From positions 172,279 through 236,278 of the forward strand of contig JAFRIJ010000011.1 in assembly GCA_017432825.1 (NCBI GenBank): 64,000 bases of DNA, written 5' to 3'. The notes under the pieces were generated by a model. It saw only the letters and a list, made by a program, of their open reading frames with translations. It made no database searches and was not told the origin of the DNA. How positions within the stretch are numbered: the stretch's first letter is position 1; every line of letters begins with the position of its first letter. Source of the DNA: Bacilli bacterium. GTDB taxonomy: Bacteria; Bacillota_I; Bacilli_A; RF39; UBA660. A program made the position numbers and the translations under genes. Shown here piece after piece: positions 1 to 9,162 of the stretch.

Positions 1-150
1 AAACTTTAAATATTTCTAATAATGATGATATTATTTTGTTTTCTATGATAAATAAATTAGGAAAACAGGAAGTATTAGAAAAATTTGATTATATTTTAGA
101 AAGTTAGAACACATTTTATGTAATTACATAAATTACTTAAGGTGGTTTAG

Positions 151-564
151 GTGATTATTACTAAAAATGGAGATTTATATATTATTTATATTTATAAATC
201 TCATGATATTGATATTTTTAATTATGATGATATTTCTTTTCTTTTAAAAAAAGTATTTAATAAGTTAAAAACTAAATATAATTTAAAGGGATTATGTAAT
301 GTTGATATTTATCTTAATGATGAATATGGAATGATTATGGAAATTAAAAATATTGATAGAGATTTAGAATATTTTGATATAAAAGTTTGTTTTCATTTAG
401 ATTCTTTATTTTTAAATGAAATTGCTTATACATATAATAATGATTATGATGAGATATATTATTATAATGATAAGTACTATACTATATATAATAAAAATAT
501 TGATAGTAATGTTATATATAAAGATGTTTTAACTATTATTAATAAGGGAATTAAGATTAAGTGA
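151..564 (+). CDS. Hypothetical protein, 137 aa, Tyr/Asn-rich, GTG start after a GGTGG Shine-Dalgarno; no recognisable motif
   Basis: ORF lies directly upstream of der and is translationally coupled to it; codon usage matches neighbours. No family recognised. Confidence 0.4.
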   Translation: MIITKNGDLYIIYIYKSHDIDIFNYDDISFLLKKVFNKLKTKYNLKGLCNVDIYLNDEYGMIMEIKNIDRDLEYFDIKVCFHLDSLFLNEIAYTYNNDYDEIYYYNDKYYTIYNKNIDSNVIYKDVLTIINKGIKIK

Positions 565-577
565 AGGTGGTGATATT

Positions 578-1891
578 ATGAAACTTCCTACTGTAGCATT
601 AGTTGGTAGACCTAATGTTGGAAAGAGTACTATTTTTAATAGATTAGTTGGAGAAAAAATTGCTATAATTGAAGATACTCCAGGTGTAACAAGAGATAGA
701 ATATATGGGGATGTTGTATATAAAGATTATAGATTTCATTTAATTGATACTGGTGGTATTGATGTTAGTAAGGAATTGTTTAATAACGAAATTAGAATAC
801 AAACTGAAATTGCTATTAATGAAGCTGATGTAGTGGTTTTTATTGTTGATGGTAATGATGAATTAAATCAAAATGATTTTGTTATTAGAGATATGTTAAA
901 AAAAGCTAATAAAGATGTTGTAGTAGCAGTTAATAAACTTGATAATAATAACAGAATGGATAATATTTATAATTATTATGAATTGGGTTTTGAAAATGTT
1001 GTTGCAGTTAGTGGAGAACATAATATTGGAATTCCTGATTTGCTTGACTTAATTACTGGTAGTTTTAAACCTGTTGAAGATGTTATTTATGATAAAGATA
1101 AAATTAAGTTTTGTATAATAGGTAGACCTAATGTTGGGAAGAGTAGTTTAGTTAATGCTATTTTAAATGAAGATAAGGTTATTGTTAGTGATATAGCTGG
1201 TACTACACGAGATGCTGTTGATACTGAATTTAAATATGATTCTAAGGATTATGTTGTTATTGATACAGCTGGTATGCGTAAAAAAGGTAAAGTATTTGAA
1301 TCTATTGAAAAATATAGTCTAATTAGAAGTATGAAAGCTATTGAAAGAAGCGATGTTTGTGTTATTGTTATTAATGCAGAAGAAGGTATTATTGAACATG
1401 ATAAACATATCGCAAGTTATGCTATGGAATCTGGAAAACCTATGGTTCTTGTGGTAAATAAATGGGATACTGTTAGTGATAAAAATAATATTAGAGAGTA
1501 TACTGATTTAATGAGAAATGAATTTCAATTTTTAAGTTATGTTCCTATTGTATTTTTATCTGCTTTAACAAAAAAAAGAATTCATACTTTAATGCCTGAA
1601 ATTGAAAAGGTATATAATAATTCTTTAAAAGAAATTAAAACTAGTTTACTTAATAGTGTTATTAGGGATGCTGTTATGTTAAATCAACCTCCTTCTTATA
1701 AGGGGAAAAGATTAAAAATATATTTTGTAAATCAAAGCGGAATTAAACCTCCTAAATTTACTTTTAGTGTTAATAGTAAAAACTTAATTCATTTTTCTTA
1801 TGAAAGGTATCTAGAAAATAAATTGAGAGAAAATTTTGATTTAGAAGGGACTCCAATAATTTTGCAATTTAAAAATAGAAGCGGAGAATAA
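578..1891 (+). CDS. der: Ribosome-associated GTPase Der (EngA), double GTPase
   Basis: Two G-domains, each with a Walker A GRPNVGKS(T/S) and DTAG/DTGG motifs, followed by a KH-like C-terminal domain. Length is 437 aa. Confidence 0.95.
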   Translation: MKLPTVALVGRPNVGKSTIFNRLVGEKIAIIEDTPGVTRDRIYGDVVYKDYRFHLIDTGGIDVSKELFNNEIRIQTEIAINEADVVVFIVDGNDELNQNDFVIRDMLKKANKDVVVAVNKLDNNNRMDNIYNYYELGFENVVAVSGEHNIGIPDLLDLITGSFKPVEDVIYDKDKIKFCIIGRPNVGKSSLVNAILNEDKVIVSDIAGTTRDAVDTEFKYDSKDYVVIDTAGMRKKGKVFESIEKYSLIRSMKAIERSDVCVIVINAEEGIIEHDKHIASYAMESGKPMVLVVNKWDTVSDKNNIREYTDLMRNEFQFLSYVPIVFLSALTKKRIHTLMPEIEKVYNNSLKEIKTSLLNSVIRDAVMLNQPPSYKGKRLKIYFVNQSGIKPPKFTFSVNSKNLIHFSYERYLENKLRENFDLEGTPIILQFKNRSGE

Positions 1892-1892
1892 T

Positions 1893-2411
1893 ATGTTAAA
1901 TAAATTTTTTATTTTTATTTATGATAATGGAATATATGATCAGGAAGTATATAAATATTTTTTTAATAATGCTATTCAGTTTGATTATTATGAAGAGGAC
2001 ATGCTAAGGAATAATATTGGATGTAATTTGGTTATTGATAAGAAAAATGATATTCTTATTGATGTTATTCCGTTTATTCCTAGAATGGTAGATGATATTA
2101 CTACTTTAATTAATATACATGAATATGTTCATACTTTGTGTTTATATAAAAATTTAAATAAGAAATACAAAGATTCTGTTATTTTAGAAGTTTTACCAAT
2201 GTATTATGAAAAATTGTTTGCTATGGAACATGATAGTGATATTTTAAGAAGCTATGAAGCTAAATTAGATGATATAACTTTAAATAGTAATGATAAAAAG
2301 TATTTGTCTGCATTAAAGATTTGTTATCAATTATTAGATGGTAATAAAAAGAATAATAGCTTTAAAAAGATTAATAGAATAGCAAAAAAGCTTTCTAAAA
2401 ATATTTATTAA
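1893..2411 (+). CDS. Hypothetical 172 aa protein with an HExxH (HEYVH) motif; possible small zinc metallopeptidase
   Basis: ORF is translationally coupled to der (ATG 1 nt after the der stop). An HEYVH pentapeptide is visible; no other family signature recognised. Confidence 0.45.
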   Translation: MLNKFFIFIYDNGIYDQEVYKYFFNNAIQFDYYEEDMLRNNIGCNLVIDKKNDILIDVIPFIPRMVDDITTLINIHEYVHTLCLYKNLNKKYKDSVILEVLPMYYEKLFAMEHDSDILRSYEAKLDDITLNSNDKKYLSALKICYQLLDGNKKNNSFKKINRIAKKLSKNIY

Positions 2412-2449
2412 ACTTTATATTATTCCTACATAAAATATTGTAGGAGGTT

Positions 2450-2707
2450 ATGATGGCTTTTTCTGATGGTTTTTTTAAGAAAGTAGAAAAAAAGACTAAT
2501 GTTAATAAAGAAACAATTTTATCTTTAGCAAAAAAATTGCAAGGTGGTAATATGAAAAATGAATCTACAATAAAAGAAGTTATTCATGATATTTCAAGAA
2601 TTACTGGTAGAGAGGTTACTAAGGAAAAAGAAGATAAAATTGTTAATGCTATATTAAATGATAATGTACCTAAAAATTTAGATAAGTATATAGATGATCA
2701 AAGTTAG
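2450..2707 (+). CDS. Small sporulation protein, SpoVIF/YjcC-like (85 aa)
   Basis: AGGAGG RBS present. The pattern FFKKVEKKT...KEKEDKIVNAI resembles the SpoVIF/YjcC family as recalled from memory; it lies in the spoIVA neighbourhood. Confidence 0.45.
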   Translation: MMAFSDGFFKKVEKKTNVNKETILSLAKKLQGGNMKNESTIKEVIHDISRITGREVTKEKEDKIVNAILNDNVPKNLDKYIDDQS

Positions 2708-2733
2708 AATTTTATTCTAATTTTGTTTTTTTT
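2704..2733 (+). terminator. Rho-independent terminator (7-bp stem TTAGAAT/ATTCTAA plus T-run)
   Basis: Hairpin followed by TTTTGTTTTTTTT directly after the 2450-2707 ORF. Confidence 0.35.
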
Positions 2734-2789
2734 ATAATAAATATAATTATTAGTCATAAAATTAATTGAATAAGAGAGTGAGGTATGTT

Positions 2790-4259
2790 ATGGAAAAATT
2801 AGATGTTATTAAAAACATTTCCGAAAGATGTGGTGGAGATATATATTTAGGAGTGGTTGGTGCTGTTAGAACTGGTAAAAGTACTTTTATAAAGAATTTT
2901 ATGGAAAATCTTATTATTCCAAATATAGAAGATGAATTTGAAAAGAAAAGAACTTTAGATGAATTACCCCAATCTGCTCAAGGTAAGACAATAATGACTA
3001 CAGAACCTAAATTTGTTCCTGCTACTGCTACTAAGATAAAAATAGACGATTTTGAAGCGTCAATTAGAATGGTTGATTGTGTTGGATATGTTATTGATGC
3101 TGCCAAGGGGTATGAAGATGAAAATGGCCCTAGAATGGTGATGACACCATGGTATTCTGATCCTATTCCGTTTGTAGAGGCTGCTGAAATCGGGACTGAA
3201 AAGGTTATTAAAGAACATTCAACAATTGGTATAGTTGTTACTACTGATGGTTCTATTGGTGATATTCCAAGAAATGAATACGTAGAGGCTGAAGAGCAGG
3301 TCATTAATGATTTAAAGGATATTGGTAAGCCATTTATTGTTATTTTAAATTCCGCACATCCTATGATGCCAGATACTGAAAAGTTAGCAGATAAATTAAG
3401 AGATAGTTATAATGTTCCTGTTATTCCTATTAGTGTTTTAAATATGCAGGAAAGGGATATGTATAATATTTTGAAGGAAGCTTTATATGAATTCCCAATT
3501 GATGAAGTTAAATTTAATATTCCAGAATGGATTGCTATATTAAATAATGATAATGACATAAAAAAAGAATATGTTAAAAGAATTAAGGATAGTGTAATTG
3601 AAATTGATAAATTAAGAGATGTTGATAAAATTACTTTAGGGTTTAAAGATTCTGAATATATAGAAAAATCATATATTTCTAATGTAGATACTGCAAAAGG
3701 AGAGGTAACTATTCAACTTGATGCTCCTGATAATCTTTATAATACTGTTTTAAATAATATAATTGGAACAGATATTTCTTCTAAAGCAAAATTATTATCT
3801 ATGTTTCAGGATTATAATATTGCCAAAAGGGAATATGATCAAATTAAGGGTGCTCTTAATATGGTGAAACAGACTGGATATGGTATTGCTGCTCCAACTT
3901 TAACAGATATGAAATTGGAAACACCTGAAATAATTAAACAAGGCTCTAGATATGGTGTTAAATTAAAAGCAAAAGCACCTTCTATTCATATGATTAAAGT
4001 AGAAGTCGAATCTACATTTGAACCTATTATTGGTAGTGAACTTCAAAGTAAAGAATTAATTAATTATTTAACTAAATCTGATAATGGTAATGATATTTGG
4101 AAGAGTGAAATATTTGGTAGAAGTTTAGATGTAATTGTACAGGAAGGAATACAAGCTAAATTATCTATGATGCCTGATAATATTAGATATAAACTTAGTC
4201 AAACTTTAACTAAAGTTATTAATAAAGGTTCTAATAATATGATTGCTATTGTTATATAA
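2790..4259 (+). CDS. spoIVA: Stage IV sporulation protein A (spore coat morphogenetic ATPase)
   Basis: Sequence MEKLDVIKNISERCGGDIYLGVVGAVRTGKSTFIKNF with a Walker A GAVRTGKST. About 490 aa. RBS GAGAGTGAGG sits 6 nt upstream of the ATG at 2790; the ORF-track start at 2766 is a TTG inside that RBS. Confidence 0.9.
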   Translation: MEKLDVIKNISERCGGDIYLGVVGAVRTGKSTFIKNFMENLIIPNIEDEFEKKRTLDELPQSAQGKTIMTTEPKFVPATATKIKIDDFEASIRMVDCVGYVIDAAKGYEDENGPRMVMTPWYSDPIPFVEAAEIGTEKVIKEHSTIGIVVTTDGSIGDIPRNEYVEAEEQVINDLKDIGKPFIVILNSAHPMMPDTEKLADKLRDSYNVPVIPISVLNMQERDMYNILKEALYEFPIDEVKFNIPEWIAILNNDNDIKKEYVKRIKDSVIEIDKLRDVDKITLGFKDSEYIEKSYISNVDTAKGEVTIQLDAPDNLYNTVLNNIIGTDISSKAKLLSMFQDYNIAKREYDQIKGALNMVKQTGYGIAAPTLTDMKLETPEIIKQGSRYGVKLKAKAPSIHMIKVEVESTFEPIIGSELQSKELINYLTKSDNGNDIWKSEIFGRSLDVIVQEGIQAKLSMMPDNIRYKLSQTLTKVINKGSNNMIAIVI

Positions 4260-4263
4260 AAAA

Positions 4264-4292
4264 AATAGATTTATTAAATAAATCTATTTTTT
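4264..4292 (+). terminator. Rho-independent terminator after spoIVA (9-bp stem AATAGATTT/AAATCTATT plus T4)
   Basis: Perfect 9-bp stem with a 7-nt loop followed by TTTTTTG. Confidence 0.5.
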
Positions 4293-4302
4293 GACATACA
4301 AA

Positions 4303-4342
4303 AACCAACTATTCCTGATAAAAGTAGTTGGTTCGAGTTTTT
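4303..4342 (+). terminator. Second hairpin plus T-run downstream of spoIVA (AACCAACTA...TAGTTGGTT)
   Basis: 9-bp GC-containing stem with a 13-nt loop, followed by CGAGTTTTT. Confidence 0.4.
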
Positions 4343-5066
4343 GGAAAAAATTGTACAGTTTTTTAATAATATGTATTATCTATTAGTACAAGACTAATAA
4401 ATAATACAATTATTAAGAACTTTAATAAACATTATCAGTGTTTATTACAATCTCTTATCATTGTGAAGTTTTTCTTTCTTCATAAACAATTGTTTTACTT
4501 AGTGGAGATAAGAATTATATTTCTATAATTTTTCTTTCCTACTGAAGATAGTAAATATAAATTATTATATAATTATTATAGGATAATATTATAATTAATT
4601 AAATAAATTAAGTAATTATATATTATTGAAATAATTATATATACAAAGGGTAATAATAGATTTTATTATTTTTAGTAATAATTTATTATGAGAAATAGAT
4701 TATTATTTATAAATAAATTATAAGTAATAAGGTATTAAATAATAAATTATTGAATAATAAATTATTGTTACCATATAATATTATTTAGATAATAAATTAA
4801 ATAAATAATATTAAGATTTTATATTTTGTATATCTTCTATCTAAGTGTCTTTATTATATCACTAGCATTATATCATGTCAATACTTTTTTAAAAAAAAAT
4901 GTAAAAATTTGTTTATTTTTTTTCCTTTAGAAAACTGTTAGTTAAATAGAGTAAAAAAAGTGCATATTTTATAATAAATGTATTGATTTTCATTTTTTTT
5001 CGTGATATCTTTATGTTGTAAGCATAGATTATAAGTTGCTTATTTATAGATTATGGAGGTATTAAT

Positions 5067-5339
5067 ATGACAAAAGCAGAATTAGTTGAATTCATTGCTG
5101 AAAATGCTGACTTAACAAAAGCTGATTCAACAAGAGCTCTAGAAGCTATGATTGAAGGAGTTACAGCAGGATTAAAGAAAAAAGGAAAGGTTACTTTAGT
5201 TGGTTTCGGTACTTTCAATGCAAAGAAAAGAGAAGCTCGTACTGGTCGTAATCCACAAACTGGTGAAAAAGTTAAAATTGCTGCTCGTACAGTTCCTACT
5301 TTCAAAGCTGGAAACAAATTAAAAGACGCATTAAATTAA
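5067..5339 (+). CDS. hup: DNA-binding protein HU (HBsu)
   Basis: Sequence MTKAELVEFIAENADLTKADSTRALEAMIEGV...GFGTFNAKKREARTGRNPQTGEKVKIAARTVPTFKAGNKLKDALN is a classic HU, with GGAGG RBS. Confidence 0.95.
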   Translation: MTKAELVEFIAENADLTKADSTRALEAMIEGVTAGLKKKGKVTLVGFGTFNAKKREARTGRNPQTGEKVKIAARTVPTFKAGNKLKDALN

Positions 5340-5342
5340 AAA

Positions 5343-5370
5343 AGAGACTTTAAAAAGTCTCTTTTATTTT
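5343..5370. terminator. Bidirectional terminator between the convergent hbs and S24-repressor genes (AGAGACTT/AAGTCTCT)
   Basis: Perfect 8-bp stem flanked by an A-run on one side and a T-run on the other. Confidence 0.55.
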
Positions 5371-6029
5371 ATCTCTCTATATATAGATACAACTTTCCCT
5401 AATATCATATCGTTTGAAATTACATTTACATTTATAGTAGGATATTTAGGATTTAATGCTTGTAATATTATTCCTTTAGGGTATCTATATAATCTTCTTA
5501 CTGATAATACGTTATTTTTGACTGCTATAATTATATCATCACCGTTTTTGTAGTCTTCTTGTTTTTGAAAATATAATTTATCATTTTTAAGATACACTGG
5601 CATCATAGAGTCATCTAGTGCTTTAATATATAATTCGCTTTTGTTTGTTTGAGGTTCATAGGCAGCATTTTTATATGTATTAATTATTTTTTCATTTTGA
5701 GGTGTTAAATTTTTTTCTTTTCTTAAATTTGTTACGTATTCTTTTATTATTTTTTTCTCTATTGTTTGTTGTTCTTCTTTTGATAAAGGAACTTCTTTAA
5801 AACTATCTGTATCAATATTAAAGATATTGCATATTTGTAATAGTATATCATATGGTATGTTTAATTTTCCTGTTTCATATTTATGTAATGTTTGTCTGTT
5901 TTTTTGATAGTTTAGTGCTTTGGCTAAATCCTCTAATGAATAATTGTATTTTTCTCTATTTTCTTTTATTATTCTACTTACTAATGGTTTTAATGAATCA
6001 CTTATTAGTTCTTGTTTTTTTGTCCTCAT
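5364..6029 (-). CDS. XRE-family HTH plus S24 peptidase (LexA/CI-like) autocleaving repressor
   Basis: N-terminal HTH_XRE (LEDLAKALNYQKNRQTLHKYETGK). C-terminal S24 with DDSMMP (Ser nucleophile) and a downstream Lys. RBS AGGAAG sits 8 nt before the ATG at 6029. Confidence 0.7.
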   Translation of the reverse strand: MRTKKQELISDSLKPLVSRIIKENREKYNYSLEDLAKALNYQKNRQTLHKYETGKLNIPYDILLQICNIFNIDTDSFKEVPLSKEEQQTIEKKIIKEYVTNLRKEKNLTPQNEKIINTYKNAAYEPQTNKSELYIKALDDSMMPVYLKNDKLYFQKQEDYKNGDDIIIAVKNNVLSVRRLYRYPKGIILQALNPKYPTINVNVISNDMILGKVVSIYREIK

Positions 6030-6042
6030 AACAATCACTTCC

Positions 6043-6705
6043 TTATTTTATTTTTGATCCTATATATATATTAATTGTTCCAATTATTGCTGCTATTAAA
6101 CTTATCATATACCTTAATACTGCTAATTGTAACATTTCTATTGGTTCTTTTAAAAAGGTATATGCTGCGATAGTAAATAATATAGATACTAAAAATTGGA
6201 TTATTATGCTTGAAAATATATTACTTACCCATATTTGATTCTTTACAGATTTTAGATATGAATACAATTTGCTATTTAGTAGTATTGAGTATAATAGTGT
6301 TACGTTATTGGCAAAATATAATCTTTCACTTCCAATAAATATATTATCAAATGATCTATTTATAAATAGATTAATATTGCTTGATTTTAATAGGCTTGTT
6401 AAGTATATTATTCCAAAGCTAATACATGATGATGCTACTAAAATAAGGGATAATTTTTTTATTTCTTCATTCCCCTGTTTTTGAATAATTATATTTGATG
6501 CTATAAATATTGTTGTTAGTGGAATAATACCTAAATTGATATCAAAATCTATTATAGGTATGATTTTTAAAGTCATTATATTTGATATTATAAATGCTAC
6601 TATTGTATAGGCATATAAGCCATTTATTTGACAATATTTATATAATAATAACATTGAAATTAAGCAAACAATTAATTCTATTACTAGTAAATATATATTT
6701 ATCAT
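6043..6705 (-). CDS. Polytopic integral membrane protein (220 aa)
   Basis: About 6 predicted hydrophobic helices. Immediately upstream of the S24 repressor, same strand, 4-nt overlap with the next gene. Confidence 0.55.
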   Translation of the reverse strand: MINIYLLVIELIVCLISMLLLYKYCQINGLYAYTIVAFIISNIMTLKIIPIIDFDINLGIIPLTTIFIASNIIIQKQGNEEIKKLSLILVASSCISFGIIYLTSLLKSSNINLFINRSFDNIFIGSERLYFANNVTLLYSILLNSKLYSYLKSVKNQIWVSNIFSSIIIQFLVSILFTIAAYTFLKEPIEMLQLAVLRYMISLIAAIIGTINIYIGSKIK

Positions 6706-7367
6706 TTGCTCACCTTCTTACTTTTTATTAATGTTATAGCAATAGCAAATGCTACTACTATTATTAATTCAACCATATATGTTGATAATAATATTTTTAT
6801 TATGTTTGGTAATGTTATTATATTATAATATGATATAAAGTAAGTAAGGATTAAAGCTATTAATCCTGAAGCCATATATGTAGAAACCATACTTATAAAT
6901 ATATAGTCATATAATTTTTTTACTTTTATATATATGTATATAAATACTTCATATGATATGTATGTTGCAATAGGATATGCTATTAATAGTTTTATGTTAT
7001 TTAATATTACATTAGACATATTTATTGCTACTGTATCATTTATAGATTGTGTATAGTAAGCCATTAGATATAATAATATTGATGTTATTATATTTAATAA
7101 TAAGTTTAATTTTATAACTTGTTTAGTATCTTTTATTATATTTTTTTCTAATAATAAGCATAAGCTAGTATATGATATACAGCAAGTTAGCATGCTCGCA
7201 TTTATGTGGAATGTTGATAGGGCAAGATATTTAAAAGATAAAATATATGATATTAAAGAAAAAATAATAAAGACTATTTTTAACCCAAATGTATCTAATA
7301 TTTTATTAAATATATAAATTGATGCTATTCCTATTAATAGGATACATATCATTATTAGCTCATTCAT
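6702..7367 (-). CDS. Polytopic integral membrane protein (221 aa), likely paralog of the adjacent 220-aa protein
   Basis: Similar size and hydropathy pattern to the 6043-6705 product; translationally coupled. Confidence 0.55.
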   Translation of the reverse strand: MNELIMICILLIGIASIYIFNKILDTFGLKIVFIIFSLISYILSFKYLALSTFHINASMLTCCISYTSLCLLLEKNIIKDTKQVIKLNLLLNIITSILLYLMAYYTQSINDTVAINMSNVILNNIKLLIAYPIATYISYEVFIYIYIKVKKLYDYIFISMVSTYMASGLIALILTYFISYYNIITLPNIIKILLSTYMVELIIVVAFAIAITLIKSKKVSK

Positions 7368-7461
7368 TCTTCCACCTTCTTATTCAATTTATATTATATC
7401 ATATTTTTTTAGGATACAAAATAGTTGTTTTTTATTTTCTTAAAAAAATAGAAGTATTTTG

Positions 7462-7905
7462 TTATTCTTCTATTTCTTCATCACTTAATATAGTTAAATC
7501 TGCTAATTCATCATCTGTATCATCATCTAGATAAGTCTCACTATTATCTAGATCATCTATGTCATTTTCTTCTTCGTCTGTATCATTTTCTTCTTCTTCT
7601 GTTTCTTCTGATTCAGTAGTGTTATCTTCGTATATTTCTTCCATTGATACTTTTACTTTGTGATTTGATTTTAAATCCCATTCTCCATTTTCTAATAATA
7701 TAAATTCTTTAGATGTACTTAATGATTGAAAGAAATCAGCTATATTATTTACGTAATCATCTTCTGATAATTCTAATAAATTACATACTTCCTTAAATAA
7801 TTCTGCTGTGTTTTTTGTGCTTTTATTTTCTTCTAGATATAGTTTTGCAATTTCTGTATATGGTAATAATTCTAATTCGTTTTTTGGTATTTTACTTAAT
7901 TTCAT
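7462..7905 (-). CDS. rpoE: DNA-directed RNA polymerase delta subunit
   Basis: N-terminal HARE-HTH-like domain (ELLPYTEIAKLYLEE...FILLENGEWDLKS) plus a long poly-acidic C-terminal tail (EETEEEENDTDEEENDIDDLD...), as in Bacillus RpoE. Confidence 0.8.
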   Translation of the reverse strand: MKLSKIPKNELELLPYTEIAKLYLEENKSTKNTAELFKEVCNLLELSEDDYVNNIADFFQSLSTSKEFILLENGEWDLKSNHKVKVSMEEIYEDNTTESEETEEEENDTDEEENDIDDLDNSETYLDDDTDDELADLTILSDEEIEE

Positions 7906-7917
7906 GATATGTCCTCC

Positions 7918-9162
7918 TTATATTTCATCAATAGGTATTAATCCTATTATATTTAAACTATTATTTATTACTATTTTTGAAGCATTAAACATATTTAATA
8001 TATTTATATTATTAAATGATTTTCTTTCAATAATTATATTTATTAAGCTAATTAGTTCTAATAAATAATCTATTATTATTTTTAAATCTTCTTTTTGATA
8101 TGATTTTATAATTATATCCTCAAAATCAGTTAATTTATTTATTATATTATAAATTATATTATTATTTGCATTATTATATACTTCTTTATTATTTTCTATT
8201 GATTTCATACATTTATTTATTTTGTTTATATATGTTGTTATTTTTATTAAATTTTTTTCTGACTCTTCATTAATTATACATTTATATCTAGTATAATTAA
8301 TATTTTCTTGAATTATATTTTTTCCCTCAATATTATTAATTTTTATTTTTTCTAGATCTAAGTTTAATAATTTAAGTGCCTCTTCGATACTTCTATCATT
8401 ATTATATATTACTATTTTTTCATAATTATTATATTTTTCATATATATGGGTTAAATATTTAGCAAAATCTGTATAATTTCCCATATTATCTATTAATTCT
8501 TTATTACATAATAATAGACTATTGTTATCTATATAACATATATTTTGATATCTTATTTTATTTAATAGATCTTCTATTTGATAACTATCTTCTATTTCTT
8601 TATTATCGGAGTACCTATCTATATATATTCTATATTTATCTAATAATATTTTTATTTCTTCTTTATCTATATTATTATTGTTTATATATATTTCTTTTTC
8701 TATATCGTAGCCGCAATAAGACAATATTCTAGAATAATTATCTATTGTTATTATAGTATTTAAGGATTTATTTATGTCTATTACTTCATCTATTATAGAT
8801 AATTCAATATTTATTTTTTTATTATTTCCTATATTGTTTTTTCCATAGTCTTTATCTTCTTTTAGTATTCTTTTTAGTCTTTCTATTAAGTATTCTTCTT
8901 TAATAGTTATTTTTATAGTATTATCTTCTAATAAATCTATATTTTTTATTATATTATTTCTTACTATTTTTTCTTTTATTCTATTAAATAATTCTTTACT
9001 ATTTATATAAACCATTTTATTTAATTCTTTAATTATATTTGTTAAATAGTATATTTCATTATTATCATTATAATACTTTAATTCTATTTCTTTATTAAAT
9101 TTGGTGGCTATTTCTTCTGATGTTTCTTTTAATAATTCTTTAAGAGTATTATTTATACTCAT
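7918..9162 (-). CDS. Hypothetical 414 aa Asn/Ile/Lys-rich low-complexity protein
   Basis: Long ORF ending 12 nt upstream of rpoE, suggesting an operon. No recognisable domain. Confidence 0.5.
   Translation of the reverse strand: MSINNTLKELLKETSEEIATKFNKEIELKYYNDNNEIYYLTNIIKELNKMVYINSKELFNRIKEKIVRNNIIKNIDLLEDNTIKITIKEEYLIERLKRILKEDKDYGKNNIGNNKKINIELSIIDEVIDINKSLNTIITIDNYSRILSYCGYDIEKEIYINNNNIDKEEIKILLDKYRIYIDRYSDNKEIEDSYQIEDLLNKIRYQNICYIDNNSLLLCNKELIDNMGNYTDFAKYLTHIYEKYNNYEKIVIYNNDRSIEEALKLLNLDLEKIKINNIEGKNIIQENINYTRYKCIINEESEKNLIKITTYINKINKCMKSIENNKEVYNNANNNIIYNIINKLTDFEDIIIKSYQKEDLKIIIDYLLELISLINIIIERKSFNNINILNMFNASKIVINNSLNIIGLIPIDEI

Noticed and set aside
2978-3304. Antisense or overlapping ORFs from the six-frame track. 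Examples: 2978-3304 minus, 5051-5317 minus, 6269-6484 plus, 10736-10927 plus, 11669-12220 plus, 13942-14160 plus, 14855-15067 plus, 15960-16448 plus, 18108-18377 plus, 18800-19000 minus, 19064-19276 plus, 30089-30289 minus, 33319-33645, 39017-39274 minus, 41530-41763 minus, 44011-44331 plus, 45146-45373 minus, 45549-45785 minus, 48364-48822 plus, 50302-50532 minus, 52234-53705 plus, 54310-55057 plus, 61605-61811 minus
   Set aside because: All lie within and opposite, or out of frame to, strongly supported conserved genes. They have biased low-complexity composition typical of spurious ORFs in AT-rich DNA, and no RBS.
4296-4345. GGTTCGAGT motif resembling a tRNA T-loop
   Set aside because: No acceptor stem or D/anticodon arm can be built from the flanking sequence. 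The motif is part of a terminator-like hairpin after spoIVA.
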